In this document: piece after piece, positions 51,089-60,955 of the stretch
Layout of the letters: each line of letters begins with the position of its first letter
Position numbering within the stretch: position 1 is the first letter of the stretch
From: Microcoleus sp.
GTDB lineage: Bacteria > Cyanobacteriota > Cyanobacteriia > Cyanobacteriales > Microcoleaceae
DNA length: 64,000 nucleotides
Assembly: GCA_042408215.1 (NCBI GenBank)
Contig: JAYFMW010000026.1
Location: 1 to 64,000 of the forward strand
Reading direction: 5' to 3'
Program-made: the position numbers and the translations under genes
Notes under the pieces: model-generated
Told to the model about the DNA's origin: nothing
The model's database searches: none
What the model saw: the letters and a program-made list of their open reading frames with translations, nothing else

Positions 51089-54000
51089 ATGACTAATTCG
51101 CACTACCAGCAAGACACCGCAGCACAGCAAAATAAAATTTCGATGCAAACTCTCACCCGCACTTTGAGAATGTCTCAGGGGCAATTTTCCCTGACTTTGG
51201 TGCGGTGCAATTATGATATCCTCAGAGATAAAATTATCGGGCAATTGCGGGAAGAGTCTGCTATCGAGATTCGAGAAATTTTCCTGCCGGCATCTGTTAA
51301 AACCCTTTACACAACGATAGAAACAGAACTGTCTGGCAGTCAGCCCCAGGCTTTAATGGTGTTTGGGTTAGAGTCGGTAAATGCGATCAATAAAGTGCTG
51401 ACTTCTACGAACTACGTGAGGGAAGAATTTCGGAATAATTTTCCATTTCCGGTGGTGCTGTGGGTGACAGACAAAATCTTAAAAAAACTGATTCGGCTAG
51501 TAACAGATATCGAGAGTTGGACGACAACTGTTGAATTTGTCCTGGGCCCCGATGAGTTGGTGGATTTCTTGGGCAAAAGTGCCGATCGCATTTTTTCTGG
51601 CATTTTAGAAAGCGGCAATTGGCGTTTAACTAATTCTGCCATTCTCGGAGCCAATTCTTTGACTGAATTAGAGTCTGCCACCCAAGACTTGACAAATTAC
51701 AACGTCAGGTTAGAACCAGCTATTGCAGCTAGTATGCAATTTATTCGGGGGCGGGATGAATATCATGAAAAACGGATGACTTCCGCTATTGAATCCTATC
51801 AAAAAAGTCTCAAATTTTGGAAGTATCAAGTAGCATTGCTCGGCGGGGGCACAGAATTTAGCAATTTGTTATTTACCCTTCACCCTTCACCTGTATTAGA
51901 GGGAATTCTGCTCTTTCACATCGGCCTTTGCTACCGCTTCCAAGGCGAACATCACCGCACGGGCAACCGTCCTTACTGGACGGAAGCTAAAAATTATTTT
52001 CAAGAGTGTATAGATGTTTTAGAACGGGCAAGACAGCCAGATGCTGTTGGGAAATTCATTAATCAACTCGGCGAAGTCTTGCAGTATTTAGAAGAGTGGG
52101 ATGCACTCTGGAATTTAGCTATTAAAGCTCGGAGGTTACATGAAAATATGAAAAATTTAGAACCCGTTAATTTGGCTCAAGATTACGGCTTTTTGGCTCG
52201 CGTAGCCTTAGAGCAAAAAAATTGGAAAGGGGCCAAAGAATGGGCTAAATTTGCTCTAGATGTTCTCAACTCTAATCAGGAAGGAACTGGAAAAGGAACG
52301 CCGATCAAATCGCAGCATCAAGGCTTGTACTTATTAATTTTAGCAGAAGCAGAGAAGGAGTTGGGTGAAATACAGCAGGCGATCGCACATTTAGAAATTG
52401 CCCGCTCGGAAACTGAACCTTGCTACAACCCGCAATTGTATTTGCGGGTTTTAGAAATGTTGCGATCGGTTTATTTTCAGCGGGGAGAATATCTCGCAGC
52501 ATTTCAACTTAAGCAAGATTATCGAGCGGTAGAACATATGTATCGGTTCCGAGCTTTTATTGGGGCCGGAAAGTTGCAGCCGCACAGACAAGCGATTAAT
52601 CCCGCCGCAGAAACTAATGTCGCCGCTGCTGCTATTGCTGATGAAATTACTGCTTCCGGCAGAGAACAATACCTCAAACGTTTGATAGATAGGATGCAGG
52701 GTTCCCGAGACAAATTGACAGTAATTTACGGTCAATCAGGAGTTGGCAAAAGTTCAATTGTAGCCGGGGGATTAGTGCCTGCACTCAAACAAAAAGTGAT
52801 AGAATCGCGCACTGTTTTGCCGGTAGTGCTGCAAGTTTACAACAACTGGCCCCTGGAATTGACAAGAAAGTTATCTGCTGGGAAAGCTGAAATATTTGAG
52901 CGGGTAATTTCAGAAGAAATGCCGGGAGTTGCGGAGGTAGAATCTGAAGTAGCAGTCGGCGAAATTAAGCGGAATTTTATTTCACGATTGAACGGCGAAT
53001 TGCCGGTCGATCGAGAGCAGAATATTCAGGAACTACCGCTAGAATTGATCGTAGAAAAGCAGGCTATCGAATACGATAAAATTATCAAACAGTTGCAGAT
53101 AAATTCGGAACATCTATTTACAGTTCTGATCTTCGACCAATTTGAAGAATTCTTCTTTGTCTGGAAAGAGCCAGCGGAAAGGCAAATATTTTTTGAGTTT
53201 ATGCGAGAGTGCATGAAAATCAAATATTTAAAAGTTATTCTGTCTTTGCGAGAGGATTACCTGCACTATTTGCTGGAGTTTGGCCGACCCAAAAATAATA
53301 TATATTTCATCAATAGCGACATTTTAGACGATATTCTCAGCAAAGATATTCTGTTTTACTTGGGCAACTTTTCTTTGGCTGATGCGCGATCGGTAATTCG
53401 CACTTTAACTCAACGATCGCACTTTTACTTGGAACCGGAACTGATCGAAGAATTAGTCAAAGATTTAGCTGGAGAATTGGGAGAAGTTCGCCCGATCGAG
53501 CTACAAGTTGTCGGAGCGCAACTGCAAGAAGAGCAAATTACAAGTTTAGCACAATATCAGGAACTTGGCAACAATCCGCAACAAAAATTAGTCGAAAGAT
53601 TTCTGGAAGAAGTCATCCAAGACTGTGGCCCGGAAAATGAAGGAGCGGTGCGCCGAGTTTTATACTTGCTGACAGATGAAGATGATATTCGCCCTCTGAA
53701 AACCCGCGCTGAATTAGCCTCGGATTTAGCAACATTTAAAGAAGCGGACAAATTAGATTTAGTCTTAGAATTGTTAGTAAAATCAGGTTTAGTTTTTCGG
53801 TGGACAGAGTTGCCGGCAGAGCTTTACCAGCTAGTTCATGACTATCTAGTTAGCTTCATCCGCCAGCAGCGGGAATTAGATACGAAGGCAGAATTCGAGG
53901 AACTACGAAAGCAGTACAAAATTAATAAAGATGAAATACAGCAACTTCGCAAGGAAAAAGAGCTAAATGCTTTGCTTTCGGAAGCTAGAGACAAACAGCG

Positions 54001-56320
54001 CCAAGCGAGAGAAAAACAGCATGATGCAGAAGCTCAACTCTACGAAAATCGGAGATGGCTACTGCGACTGGCGGTTCTAGGAGTAATTGTATTGGCGTCT
54101 CTTTCGGTGATGGCATTTTATCAAACAAAATTAGCAGAAATTGCGCGACAGGAAGCGGAGCAAGCTCGGACTGATGCCCTAACTTTGGGGTCGGAAGCTC
54201 TGGTGCTTTCTCATGTAAAAAATCAACTAGGAGTGTTAGAAACCAGTATCAAAATTGGCAGAGACGCTCTCAAGAGTAAACTGTTGCCTGTAGATACTAA
54301 AAATCACATCGCCGAACGACTCAGACAAGCAGTTTCTGGGGTGCAAGAACGCAACCGTTTTGAGCAGAATGGCAAGTTTGTTTTGGATGTGAGTGTGAGT
54401 CCAGATGGTAAATTAGTTGCTTCGGCAAGTGCAGATCAAACTGTTAAATTGTGGAACAATAAAGGTAAGTTATTAAAAACTTTCAATCACAGTGATAGTG
54501 TCACGAGTGTTAGTTTTAGCCCGGATGGTAAAACGATCGCAACTGGTTGTGCCGATCGTAAAATTAGAATTTGGCAAGTGGATAATGACCAAAGTGCGAT
54601 TCCCTCCGGGATAGCTTCGCTTCACGCAACTTTAGAAGGCCACAGCGATATCGTCACCAGCGTTAGTTTTAGCCCCGACGGGAAAACCCTCGCTTCCGGT
54701 AGTCACGACAATACCGTCAAAATCTGGAACGTCGCCAGCAAAAAATTGCTGCAAACTTTGAAGGGACACAAAGATTGGGTACTCGGCGTCAAATTCAGTC
54801 CCGATGGCCAAACAATTGCCTCAGCAAGTGCTGACAAAACTGTCAAACTTTGGAACCGAGAAGGTAAAACTCAGAAATTTCAAATTAATCCCCAAACTTT
54901 AAACAAGCATTCTGACATCGTTTACAGCGTCAGTTTCAGTCCGAATGGTCAAGAAATCGTCTCCGCAAGTGCCGATACTACAGTCAAAATCTGGAACCGA
55001 AAAGGTGAGGAAATTAGAACTCTCAAAGGACACAACGATGAAGTTGTCAGTGCCAGTTTCAGTCGCGACGGCGAAAAAATTGTCACCGGTAGTGCAGATG
55101 ATACGGTGAAAGTTTGGAACCGCAGCGGCACTTTGTTGAGCACTTTTATAGGACACCAAGATGATGTGAGGGCCGTAAGTTTCAGCCCAGATGGCACTAT
55201 TGCTTCGGCAAGCAAAGACAAAATGATTAAAGTTTGGAATCCTGACAGCACTCCTTTGAATAAGATTTTATTGGGACATGATGACTGGGTTTATAAAGTC
55301 AGTTTTAGTGCGGATGGCCAAACAATTGCTTCGGCTAGCCGAGATAAAACGGTGAGACTTTGGGGCGCTGATGGGAGTTTATTAAAAAGGTTAGAAGGTC
55401 ATAAGGATTCTGTTACTTCGGTGAGCATTTCGCCGGAGAATAAAACTGTGGCTTCTGCTAGCGATGACAAAACGGTGAAAATCTGGAGTTTACAGGGTAA
55501 ACTGTTAAATACTCTAGCACATGGTGGTATTGTTAAAAGTGTCAGTTTTAGTCCAGATGGGAAAATAATTGCGGCCGCAAGTGCCGATCGCAAATTGTAC
55601 CTCTGGCGTTGGAATGGTTCGCGGGCAAGTTTGCTAGCAAAACTCGACCACAGCAACCCGCTAATTAGTGTTAGTTTCAGCCCCGACGGCAAAACTATCG
55701 CAACTGCTATCGCTTCAGAGGATAGTCCAACTGAGAACAAAAATGCTTTGGGAATGGCCGGAGTAAATAGGGTTTACCTGTGGCAATTTAATGGTTCCTC
55801 GGCGAAGATTCTGAAAACTCTCGACCACGGGGACAGGGTTAAAGATGTGAGTTTCAGTCCAGACGGTAAGACAATTGCTACTGCTTGTGCTGACAAAAAA
55901 GTTTACTTATGGCGGTTTGATGGGAAAGGGGCAACAATAGCGGAAAAACTCGACCACAGTGATACTGTTGAAAGCGTGAGTTTCAGTCCTGACGGCAAGT
56001 TAATTGCGGCGGCGAGTGAGGGAAATACTGTTAAGCTGTGGAATTTTGATGGCCAGAATGCTATGCTATCTAAGACTTTGGAATCGAGCGATCGAGTGTT
56101 GAGCATTAGTTTTAGTTCTGATAGTAAAACTCTGGCTTTTGCTAGCAGGAATAGAAGTGTAATTTTGTGGCTTTTGGATAATTTGGAATTGAATAATATT
56201 ATAGATCGGAGTTGCGATTGGTTGGGGGATTATTTACAGAATGATCCGAATGTGCCCGAGGGCGATCGAATGCTTTGTCTCGGATTTGGGCAGCAGGCGT
56301 TCAATAAGATTAAGCGGTGA
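51089..56320 (+). CDS. TPR + STAND NTPase + TM + WD40-repeat protein
   Basis: TPR-like helices, [30 protein letters not shown] segment, ~14 WD40 repeats. Confidence 0.92.
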   Translation: MTNSHYQQDTAAQQNKISMQTLTRTLRMSQGQFSLTLVRCNYDILRDKIIGQLREESAIEIREIFLPASVKTLYTTIETELSGSQPQALMVFGLESVNAINKVLTSTNYVREEFRNNFPFPVVLWVTDKILKKLIRLVTDIESWTTTVEFVLGPDELVDFLGKSADRIFSGILESGNWRLTNSAILGANSLTELESATQDLTNYNVRLEPAIAASMQFIRGRDEYHEKRMTSAIESYQKSLKFWKYQVALLGGGTEFSNLLFTLHPSPVLEGILLFHIGLCYRFQGEHHRTGNRPYWTEAKNYFQECIDVLERARQPDAVGKFINQLGEVLQYLEEWDALWNLAIKARRLHENMKNLEPVNLAQDYGFLARVALEQKNWKGAKEWAKFALDVLNSNQEGTGKGTPIKSQHQGLYLLILAEAEKELGEIQQAIAHLEIARSETEPCYNPQLYLRVLEMLRSVYFQRGEYLAAFQLKQDYRAVEHMYRFRAFIGAGKLQPHRQAINPAAETNVAAAAIADEITASGREQYLKRLIDRMQGSRDKLTVIYGQSGVGKSSIVAGGLVPALKQKVIESRTVLPVVLQVYNNWPLELTRKLSAGKAEIFERVISEEMPGVAEVESEVAVGEIKRNFISRLNGELPVDREQNIQELPLELIVEKQAIEYDKIIKQLQINSEHLFTVLIFDQFEEFFFVWKEPAERQIFFEFMRECMKIKYLKVILSLREDYLHYLLEFGRPKNNIYFINSDILDDILSKDILFYLGNFSLADARSVIRTLTQRSHFYLEPELIEELVKDLAGELGEVRPIELQVVGAQLQEEQITSLAQYQELGNNPQQKLVERFLEEVIQDCGPENEGAVRRVLYLLTDEDDIRPLKTRAELASDLATFKEADKLDLVLELLVKSGLVFRWTELPAELYQLVHDYLVSFIRQQRELDTKAEFEELRKQYKINKDEIQQLRKEKELNALLSEARDKQRQAREKQHDAEAQLYENRRWLLRLAVLGVIVLASLSVMAFYQTKLAEIARQEAEQARTDALTLGSEALVLSHVKNQLGVLETSIKIGRDALKSKLLPVDTKNHIAERLRQAVSGVQERNRFEQNGKFVLDVSVSPDGKLVASASADQTVKLWNNKGKLLKTFNHSDSVTSVSFSPDGKTIATGCADRKIRIWQVDNDQSAIPSGIASLHATLEGHSDIVTSVSFSPDGKTLASGSHDNTVKIWNVASKKLLQTLKGHKDWVLGVKFSPDGQTIASASADKTVKLWNREGKTQKFQINPQTLNKHSDIVYSVSFSPNGQEIVSASADTTVKIWNRKGEEIRTLKGHNDEVVSASFSRDGEKIVTGSADDTVKVWNRSGTLLSTFIGHQDDVRAVSFSPDGTIASASKDKMIKVWNPDSTPLNKILLGHDDWVYKVSFSADGQTIASASRDKTVRLWGADGSLLKRLEGHKDSVTSVSISPENKTVASASDDKTVKIWSLQGKLLNTLAHGGIVKSVSFSPDGKIIAAASADRKLYLWRWNGSRASLLAKLDHSNPLISVSFSPDGKTIATAIASEDSPTENKNALGMAGVNRVYLWQFNGSSAKILKTLDHGDRVKDVSFSPDGKTIATACADKKVYLWRFDGKGATIAEKLDHSDTVESVSFSPDGKLIAAASEGNTVKLWNFDGQNAMLSKTLESSDRVLSISFSSDSKTLAFASRNRSVILWLLDNLELNNIIDRSCDWLGDYLQNDPNVPEGDRMLCLGFGQQAFNKIKR

Positions 56321-56335
56321 AACTTGAGTAAGTTA

Positions 56336-56451
56336 AACTTATATGTTGCACTATTCTTAAGAACAGGCTCTCCGCCCCATTCCACAATCAAATTCACTAT
56401 TTGTGGAACAGGCATCTTGCCTGTTCTTGACAGAGGTGCAACATATAAGTT
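56336..56451. mobile_element. MITE-like element with 16-bp TIR
   Basis: AACTTATATGTTGCAC...GTGCAACATATAAGTT; related to 3738-3864. Confidence 0.7.
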
Positions 56452-56670
56452 AAATCAACTTGTATGGTGCGTCAGACATTGATTGTTTCGATTTCAACAG
56501 GTTTTCTCGATCTGACGCACTCTACGCATCTACCTTTAGTCGATTTCCCAATTCCCAATTCCCAATTACCAATTACCAATTACAATTAAAAAATCTATCT
56601 ATTGGCTAATTTTATGATAGTAAATTTACGGTAAAATTCCAGTAATCAAATCAACCGCGAGGTAAACCGC

Positions 56671-58947
56671 ATGGACACCAACTCACCAAATATCCAACCA
56701 ATCCCGCCATTCAGCGAGACAAACGAGGAAACGCCAGAGATAGGTGGCGGTTTGCCCATAATTGAGTATTGGGCAGAACATACATTGTCCCAGTCAGGCC
56801 CAAAACTTTGGAAAACTTTGCTGCATAAAAGTGCGTGTTTGTCATGTTCTTGGGGCACTGGCGGGCAGAAAGGAGGCTTTACCAATGAAGAGGGCGAAAA
56901 ACTTCAGCGGTGTATGAAAAGTGTGGAAGCAATCTCCGCAGAAATCCAGCCTGCTATCTCAACTAACTACTTTGAAAAACACAGTATTGCAGAACTTCAG
57001 CAATTAACTTCAATGGAAGCTGATCGGTTGGGAAGGTTGAGTTTTCCGATGATTTTGCGGGCTGGAAAATCTCATTACGATCGCATTTCTTGGCAAGAAG
57101 TTTATCAAATTGCCGCAGATGCTTTCACCAAAACCCCGGAACGAGTGGCATCCTACAGTTCGGGTCGCTCTTCCAACGAGGCGGCTTTTCTGTTGCAATT
57201 GATGATGCGGGCGATCGGCTCTAATAATTTAGCAGATTGTTCGGATCTCTGCCACGCTCCCTCAACAACCGGGTTAAGAGAAATGTTTGCTACCGGCACC
57301 TCGGTAGTGAGTCTAGAAAACCTGAAACAAGCAGATTGCGTCGTGCTCGCGGGGAGCAATTGTTCCTACAACCATCCCCGCTTGATGAACGAATTGATTA
57401 AAATCCGCGAAAAAGGCGGTAAAATAATTGTGATTAACCCAATGATGGAAATCGGGTTAGTCAAGTTTGGTTCCCCGGCTTTTCCCGTCAAGTCGCTACT
57501 CACGGGTTACGATATTTCGTCGCTATACTTGCAACCAATTCCCGGCAGTGACACAGCCCTATTTGTCGGGATTCAAAAGTCTGTAATCGAACAAGGATTG
57601 ATTGCAGAAAACTATTTGAAAGCTTATACAGAAGGCTGGGAAGCAGTAGTGAAACAAGCCCGTGAAACCTCTTGGGAAACTATTACTGAAACTTGCGGAG
57701 TTTCCCGCGCCGAAATTGAAGCAGCCGCCAAAATTATCGGCTGTTCAAAGCGAGTTGTATTTGGTTGGGCGATGGGAATTACCCAACATGATAACGGCGT
57801 AGATAATGTTTTCAGTATTGCCAACACTGCCTTAATGACAGGAAATGTCGGCAAAGAAGGTGCTGGATTAATGCCCGTGAGAGGACACTCAAACGTGCAA
57901 GGATTCGGCTCTATGGGCGTGACTGTGAAGCTTAAAAAAGAAATTCAAGAAGCTTTAGAAAAGTTATTGGGACGTTCTCTGAGCGCTGTTAAGGGCTATG
58001 AAACGCGATCGCTCATTGAAGCAGCAGATGCAGGCAAAGTCGATACGCTGATCTGTCTAGGCGGTAATTTGTATGGGGCGAATCCAGATTCAACTCAGGC
58101 CAAACGCGCTTTAGGTAAAATTGAAACAATCATTTACCTCGCAACTAAACCCAATTTAGGACATTTTAGCGGATTGGCAAAACACAATACAATTGTGATT
58201 CCTGTACTTAATCGCTTTGAAAATCCCCACAAAACAACGGTGGAATCTGGGAATAATTTTGTGCGTTTAAATGAGGAGGGTGAAACTCATCTCAAAAATG
58301 CCGATCTGATTCCAGAGGTGCAATTTTTGACGGAATTAGCGAGCCGAATTCACGGCGAGTTTCCCGTAGATTGGCGCAAACTTCAAGACACAAAATACGT
58401 GAGAAAACTGATTGCTCAAACTATTCCTGGCTATGAAAAAATAGCGACAATTGATGAAACACAAGAGGAATTCACCATCAGCGGTCGCATTTTTATGGAA
58501 CCAAAATTCCCTACTGATTCTGGCAAAGCGCAGATGTTTGTTACGCCTTTACCAGTGCTGAAATTACCCGAAGCGAAAGAGTTTGGAGTATCTGAATCAG
58601 TGCGGGGTATAGTTGTGGCATTGATGACGGGACGTAGCTATTCTCAGCACAATACTGTGGTTTACAAAATTGATGATAAGTACCGGGGAATGCCGCACCG
58701 TAACTGCATTTTGATGAATCGTGTGGATGCAGAAAGTGCTGGTTTGCAGGAACATCAGCGGGTTACGGTGCAGGGAAATGTGGGGAAATTGGAGAATGTT
58801 GAGGTGATTTATGGGGCTGTTCGTGTGGGTGCTGCTTTGATGTTTTATCCTGAAGTTAATGTGATTTTTAATGCGAGAATTGAAAGGCGATCGGGCACGC
58901 CTGCTTATAAGCGTGTACCTGCTTTTGTTTATGCAGAAGTTCGGTAA
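56671..58947 (+). CDS. FdhF/YdeP family molybdopterin oxidoreductase
   Basis: CLSCSWG, YSSGRSSNEAAF, NNLADCSDLCH, WAMGITQH, PVRGHSNVQG, RSYSQHNTVVY. Confidence 0.92.
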   Translation: MDTNSPNIQPIPPFSETNEETPEIGGGLPIIEYWAEHTLSQSGPKLWKTLLHKSACLSCSWGTGGQKGGFTNEEGEKLQRCMKSVEAISAEIQPAISTNYFEKHSIAELQQLTSMEADRLGRLSFPMILRAGKSHYDRISWQEVYQIAADAFTKTPERVASYSSGRSSNEAAFLLQLMMRAIGSNNLADCSDLCHAPSTTGLREMFATGTSVVSLENLKQADCVVLAGSNCSYNHPRLMNELIKIREKGGKIIVINPMMEIGLVKFGSPAFPVKSLLTGYDISSLYLQPIPGSDTALFVGIQKSVIEQGLIAENYLKAYTEGWEAVVKQARETSWETITETCGVSRAEIEAAAKIIGCSKRVVFGWAMGITQHDNGVDNVFSIANTALMTGNVGKEGAGLMPVRGHSNVQGFGSMGVTVKLKKEIQEALEKLLGRSLSAVKGYETRSLIEAADAGKVDTLICLGGNLYGANPDSTQAKRALGKIETIIYLATKPNLGHFSGLAKHNTIVIPVLNRFENPHKTTVESGNNFVRLNEEGETHLKNADLIPEVQFLTELASRIHGEFPVDWRKLQDTKYVRKLIAQTIPGYEKIATIDETQEEFTISGRIFMEPKFPTDSGKAQMFVTPLPVLKLPEAKEFGVSESVRGIVVALMTGRSYSQHNTVVYKIDDKYRGMPHRNCILMNRVDAESAGLQEHQRVTVQGNVGKLENVEVIYGAVRVGAALMFYPEVNVIFNARIERRSGTPAYKRVPAFVYAEVR

Positions 58948-59138
58948 CGGATTCGCTCCACGGATGTAACGGATGTTATGATTACCTCTGCCTTGTTCTT
59001 TCTGCCTTCTTCCTTCTTTCTTCTTTCTTCTATAACTCACATTTTAGAGGATTTTTAATAACAGGCTTTTCGGCCTGTTCCACAAGGAGTTAATTTTTTG
59101 TGGGTGGGCCGGAGAGCCTGCCCATATGCAAGTCTTAA

Positions 59139-60380
59139 TTAACTCTTGATTTGCAATGCTCTCCCCCGCCAAGTCCATCCCCAACCGGTTTCTGTTTTAA
59201 TTGCAGAGGCGATCGCAATTGCCGCGACTAACGTTCCTCCCAAACCTCCTAACCACCAGTATTTCGTCGAACAGTCGGAAATCTGGGCACCTAAACGTCG
59301 CAAATTGTACTGTTGCCAAATTACTATTATTGCTAAACAGATAGTTAACAAAGTAACTGGTAATTGGTAATTGGTAATTGGTAATTGGTAATTGGTAATT
59401 GTGATGACTTTTGCCAATTCCCCCTGAGCTAGCAAAATAGCTAAGGCCAACCAGGGAATTGGATAGAGAAATAACATAATTGCTGCCATGTAAACCATCA
59501 ATCCCCAACTGCGGTGAGCACCCAGATACAAATTCTTCGTCCAGCCTTCCCACAAGGCGCTCCAAGACCGATACATCCGCACAAATGCCAAATTTGACCC
59601 TGCATAAAGTGCTAGCTTTAAACCCGCACGTTTGATGCGTCTAGCTAGTTCTACATCTTCGACAATTTCGCTGGCAACTGATGCGTGACCGCCGATTTTT
59701 TCGTAAGCCGATCGCCTAAATAACATGAACGGCCCTGCGGCAAAAGCACTGTCTGTTGTCGGATCATTGACGGCGGTAAAGTCGAAGCAAACTGCTAGGT
59801 GATTGAACATTAACGGCTGCACTAACCACTCGGCAAAACACTCGCAAACCAGGGCGGGCATACAGGTTAGTAGGTCTATTTTTTCGGTTTGGACTGTTTC
59901 AATGGCGGTTTCGATCGCCCCTGGTTTGAGCCGCACGTCGGCATCAATAAATAATAAGAATTCTCCCGTTGCTACCTGGACAGCTTCGGCGCAGGCCCAG
60001 TTCTTTCCCGCCCAATATTGGTTGGCTGGTCGCGCCTCACCTGCTAATATTTTGAGGCGGGGGTCATTAACCTGCTGTTGGAGAGTTTGGGCGATCGCCA
60101 GTGTGTCGTCTGTCGATCGATCGTCTACGATCAAAACTTCTAGGTTGTTCACAGACAGCGGTGTACTCTGCAAAATGGCGATCGCGCAATCCCGAATATT
60201 CTCTGCCTCGTTGTATGCTGGTACGATGACCGAAACTTTAGGGAACTGAGCGGTGGACGGGGATAACTGCTGAGCCGAACTTGGGCTCGTTCGAGGCGCG
60301 TTTTTGACCGAGCGGCGTAAATTCTTAGTGTAGGCTGTACTGACAATTAGGGAAAAAATTAGCAGGGTTAACAATATCAA
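59139..60380 (-). CDS. Family 2 glycosyltransferase (membrane-bound)
   Basis: VSVIVPAYNE, VDDRSTD, GKNWAC, FIDADV, IVEDVELAR, RMY...WEGWTKN. Confidence 0.9.
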   Translation of the reverse strand: MILLTLLIFSLIVSTAYTKNLRRSVKNAPRTSPSSAQQLSPSTAQFPKVSVIVPAYNEAENIRDCAIAILQSTPLSVNNLEVLIVDDRSTDDTLAIAQTLQQQVNDPRLKILAGEARPANQYWAGKNWACAEAVQVATGEFLLFIDADVRLKPGAIETAIETVQTEKIDLLTCMPALVCECFAEWLVQPLMFNHLAVCFDFTAVNDPTTDSAFAAGPFMLFRRSAYEKIGGHASVASEIVEDVELARRIKRAGLKLALYAGSNLAFVRMYRSWSALWEGWTKNLYLGAHRSWGLMVYMAAIMLFLYPIPWLALAILLAQGELAKVITITNYQLPITNYQLPVTLLTICLAIIVIWQQYNLRRLGAQISDCSTKYWWLGGLGGTLVAAIAIASAIKTETGWGWTWRGRALQIKS

Positions 60381-60495
60381 AGTGAACTGACCTCAAAATT
60401 TCGGTGCGGGTACGCAGTTGACCTGCTTAAATATGAAAAAATATTACAGCAAAAAGCTAGTCGATCGCCCGGAAAGTTATTTTGGCGATCGCTCT

Positions 60496-60504
60496 TGCTA
60501 TAAT
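60496..60504 (+). promoter_or_regulatory. Extended -10 promoter TGcTATAAT
   Basis: Perfect match ~100 nt upstream of the small membrane ORF. Confidence 0.55.
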
Positions 60505-60606
60505 TTGTGAGCATCTTGCGCTCAACCTGGCTTGATGGGTCAAACCCCTCACCCAGTCGGCGACGGAAAAACCGAGGATAGATATCAGTTGTCAGAGGAT
60601 AGTGCA

Positions 60607-60714
60607 ATGGGTGAATTTCTTACAGTCGATATATTGGCAGATGGGATAGCAATACTGGGTGCTTTGGGCTTCTTCTTTTTAGGATATCAAGCTTTGCAGA
60701 TGTTGAAAAGATAA
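60607..60714 (+). CDS. Small single-TM protein, 35 aa (MGEFLTVDILADGIAILGALGFFFLGYQALQMLKR)
   Basis: AGAGGA RBS at 60594-60599, hydrophobic helix, basic C-terminus. Confidence 0.55.
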   Translation: MGEFLTVDILADGIAILGALGFFFLGYQALQMLKR

Positions 60715-60955
60715 ATTATTAGTCCATTGAGCCTCCTGACCAACGATTGGCTCCTCTATCCCCCCTAGCGAGCGGGCGGGCACGGGGGCACCGCCCCTAC
60801 AAAGGGGGGGACAAGAGCATTCTTTCGTCAACCCCTACTCCCCTTTTTAAGGGTGATTTAGGGGGAGCGAGGCTTCGCTATAAAAAATAGCAATTCCTGC
60901 TAACAGTAAAACTGTTTCTTGCGAAAATCAACCAAAAAAAGGCTGCGTTATTATC

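Noticed and set aside
59139..60380. Gene symbol cruG or crtQ
   Set aside because: GT2 family is clear, but no cruF neighbour and the motifs do not fix the specificity
60510..60600. Glutamine (glnA) or c-di-GMP riboswitch
   Set aside because: Only a partial GACGGAA resemblance; the conserved cores could not be matched
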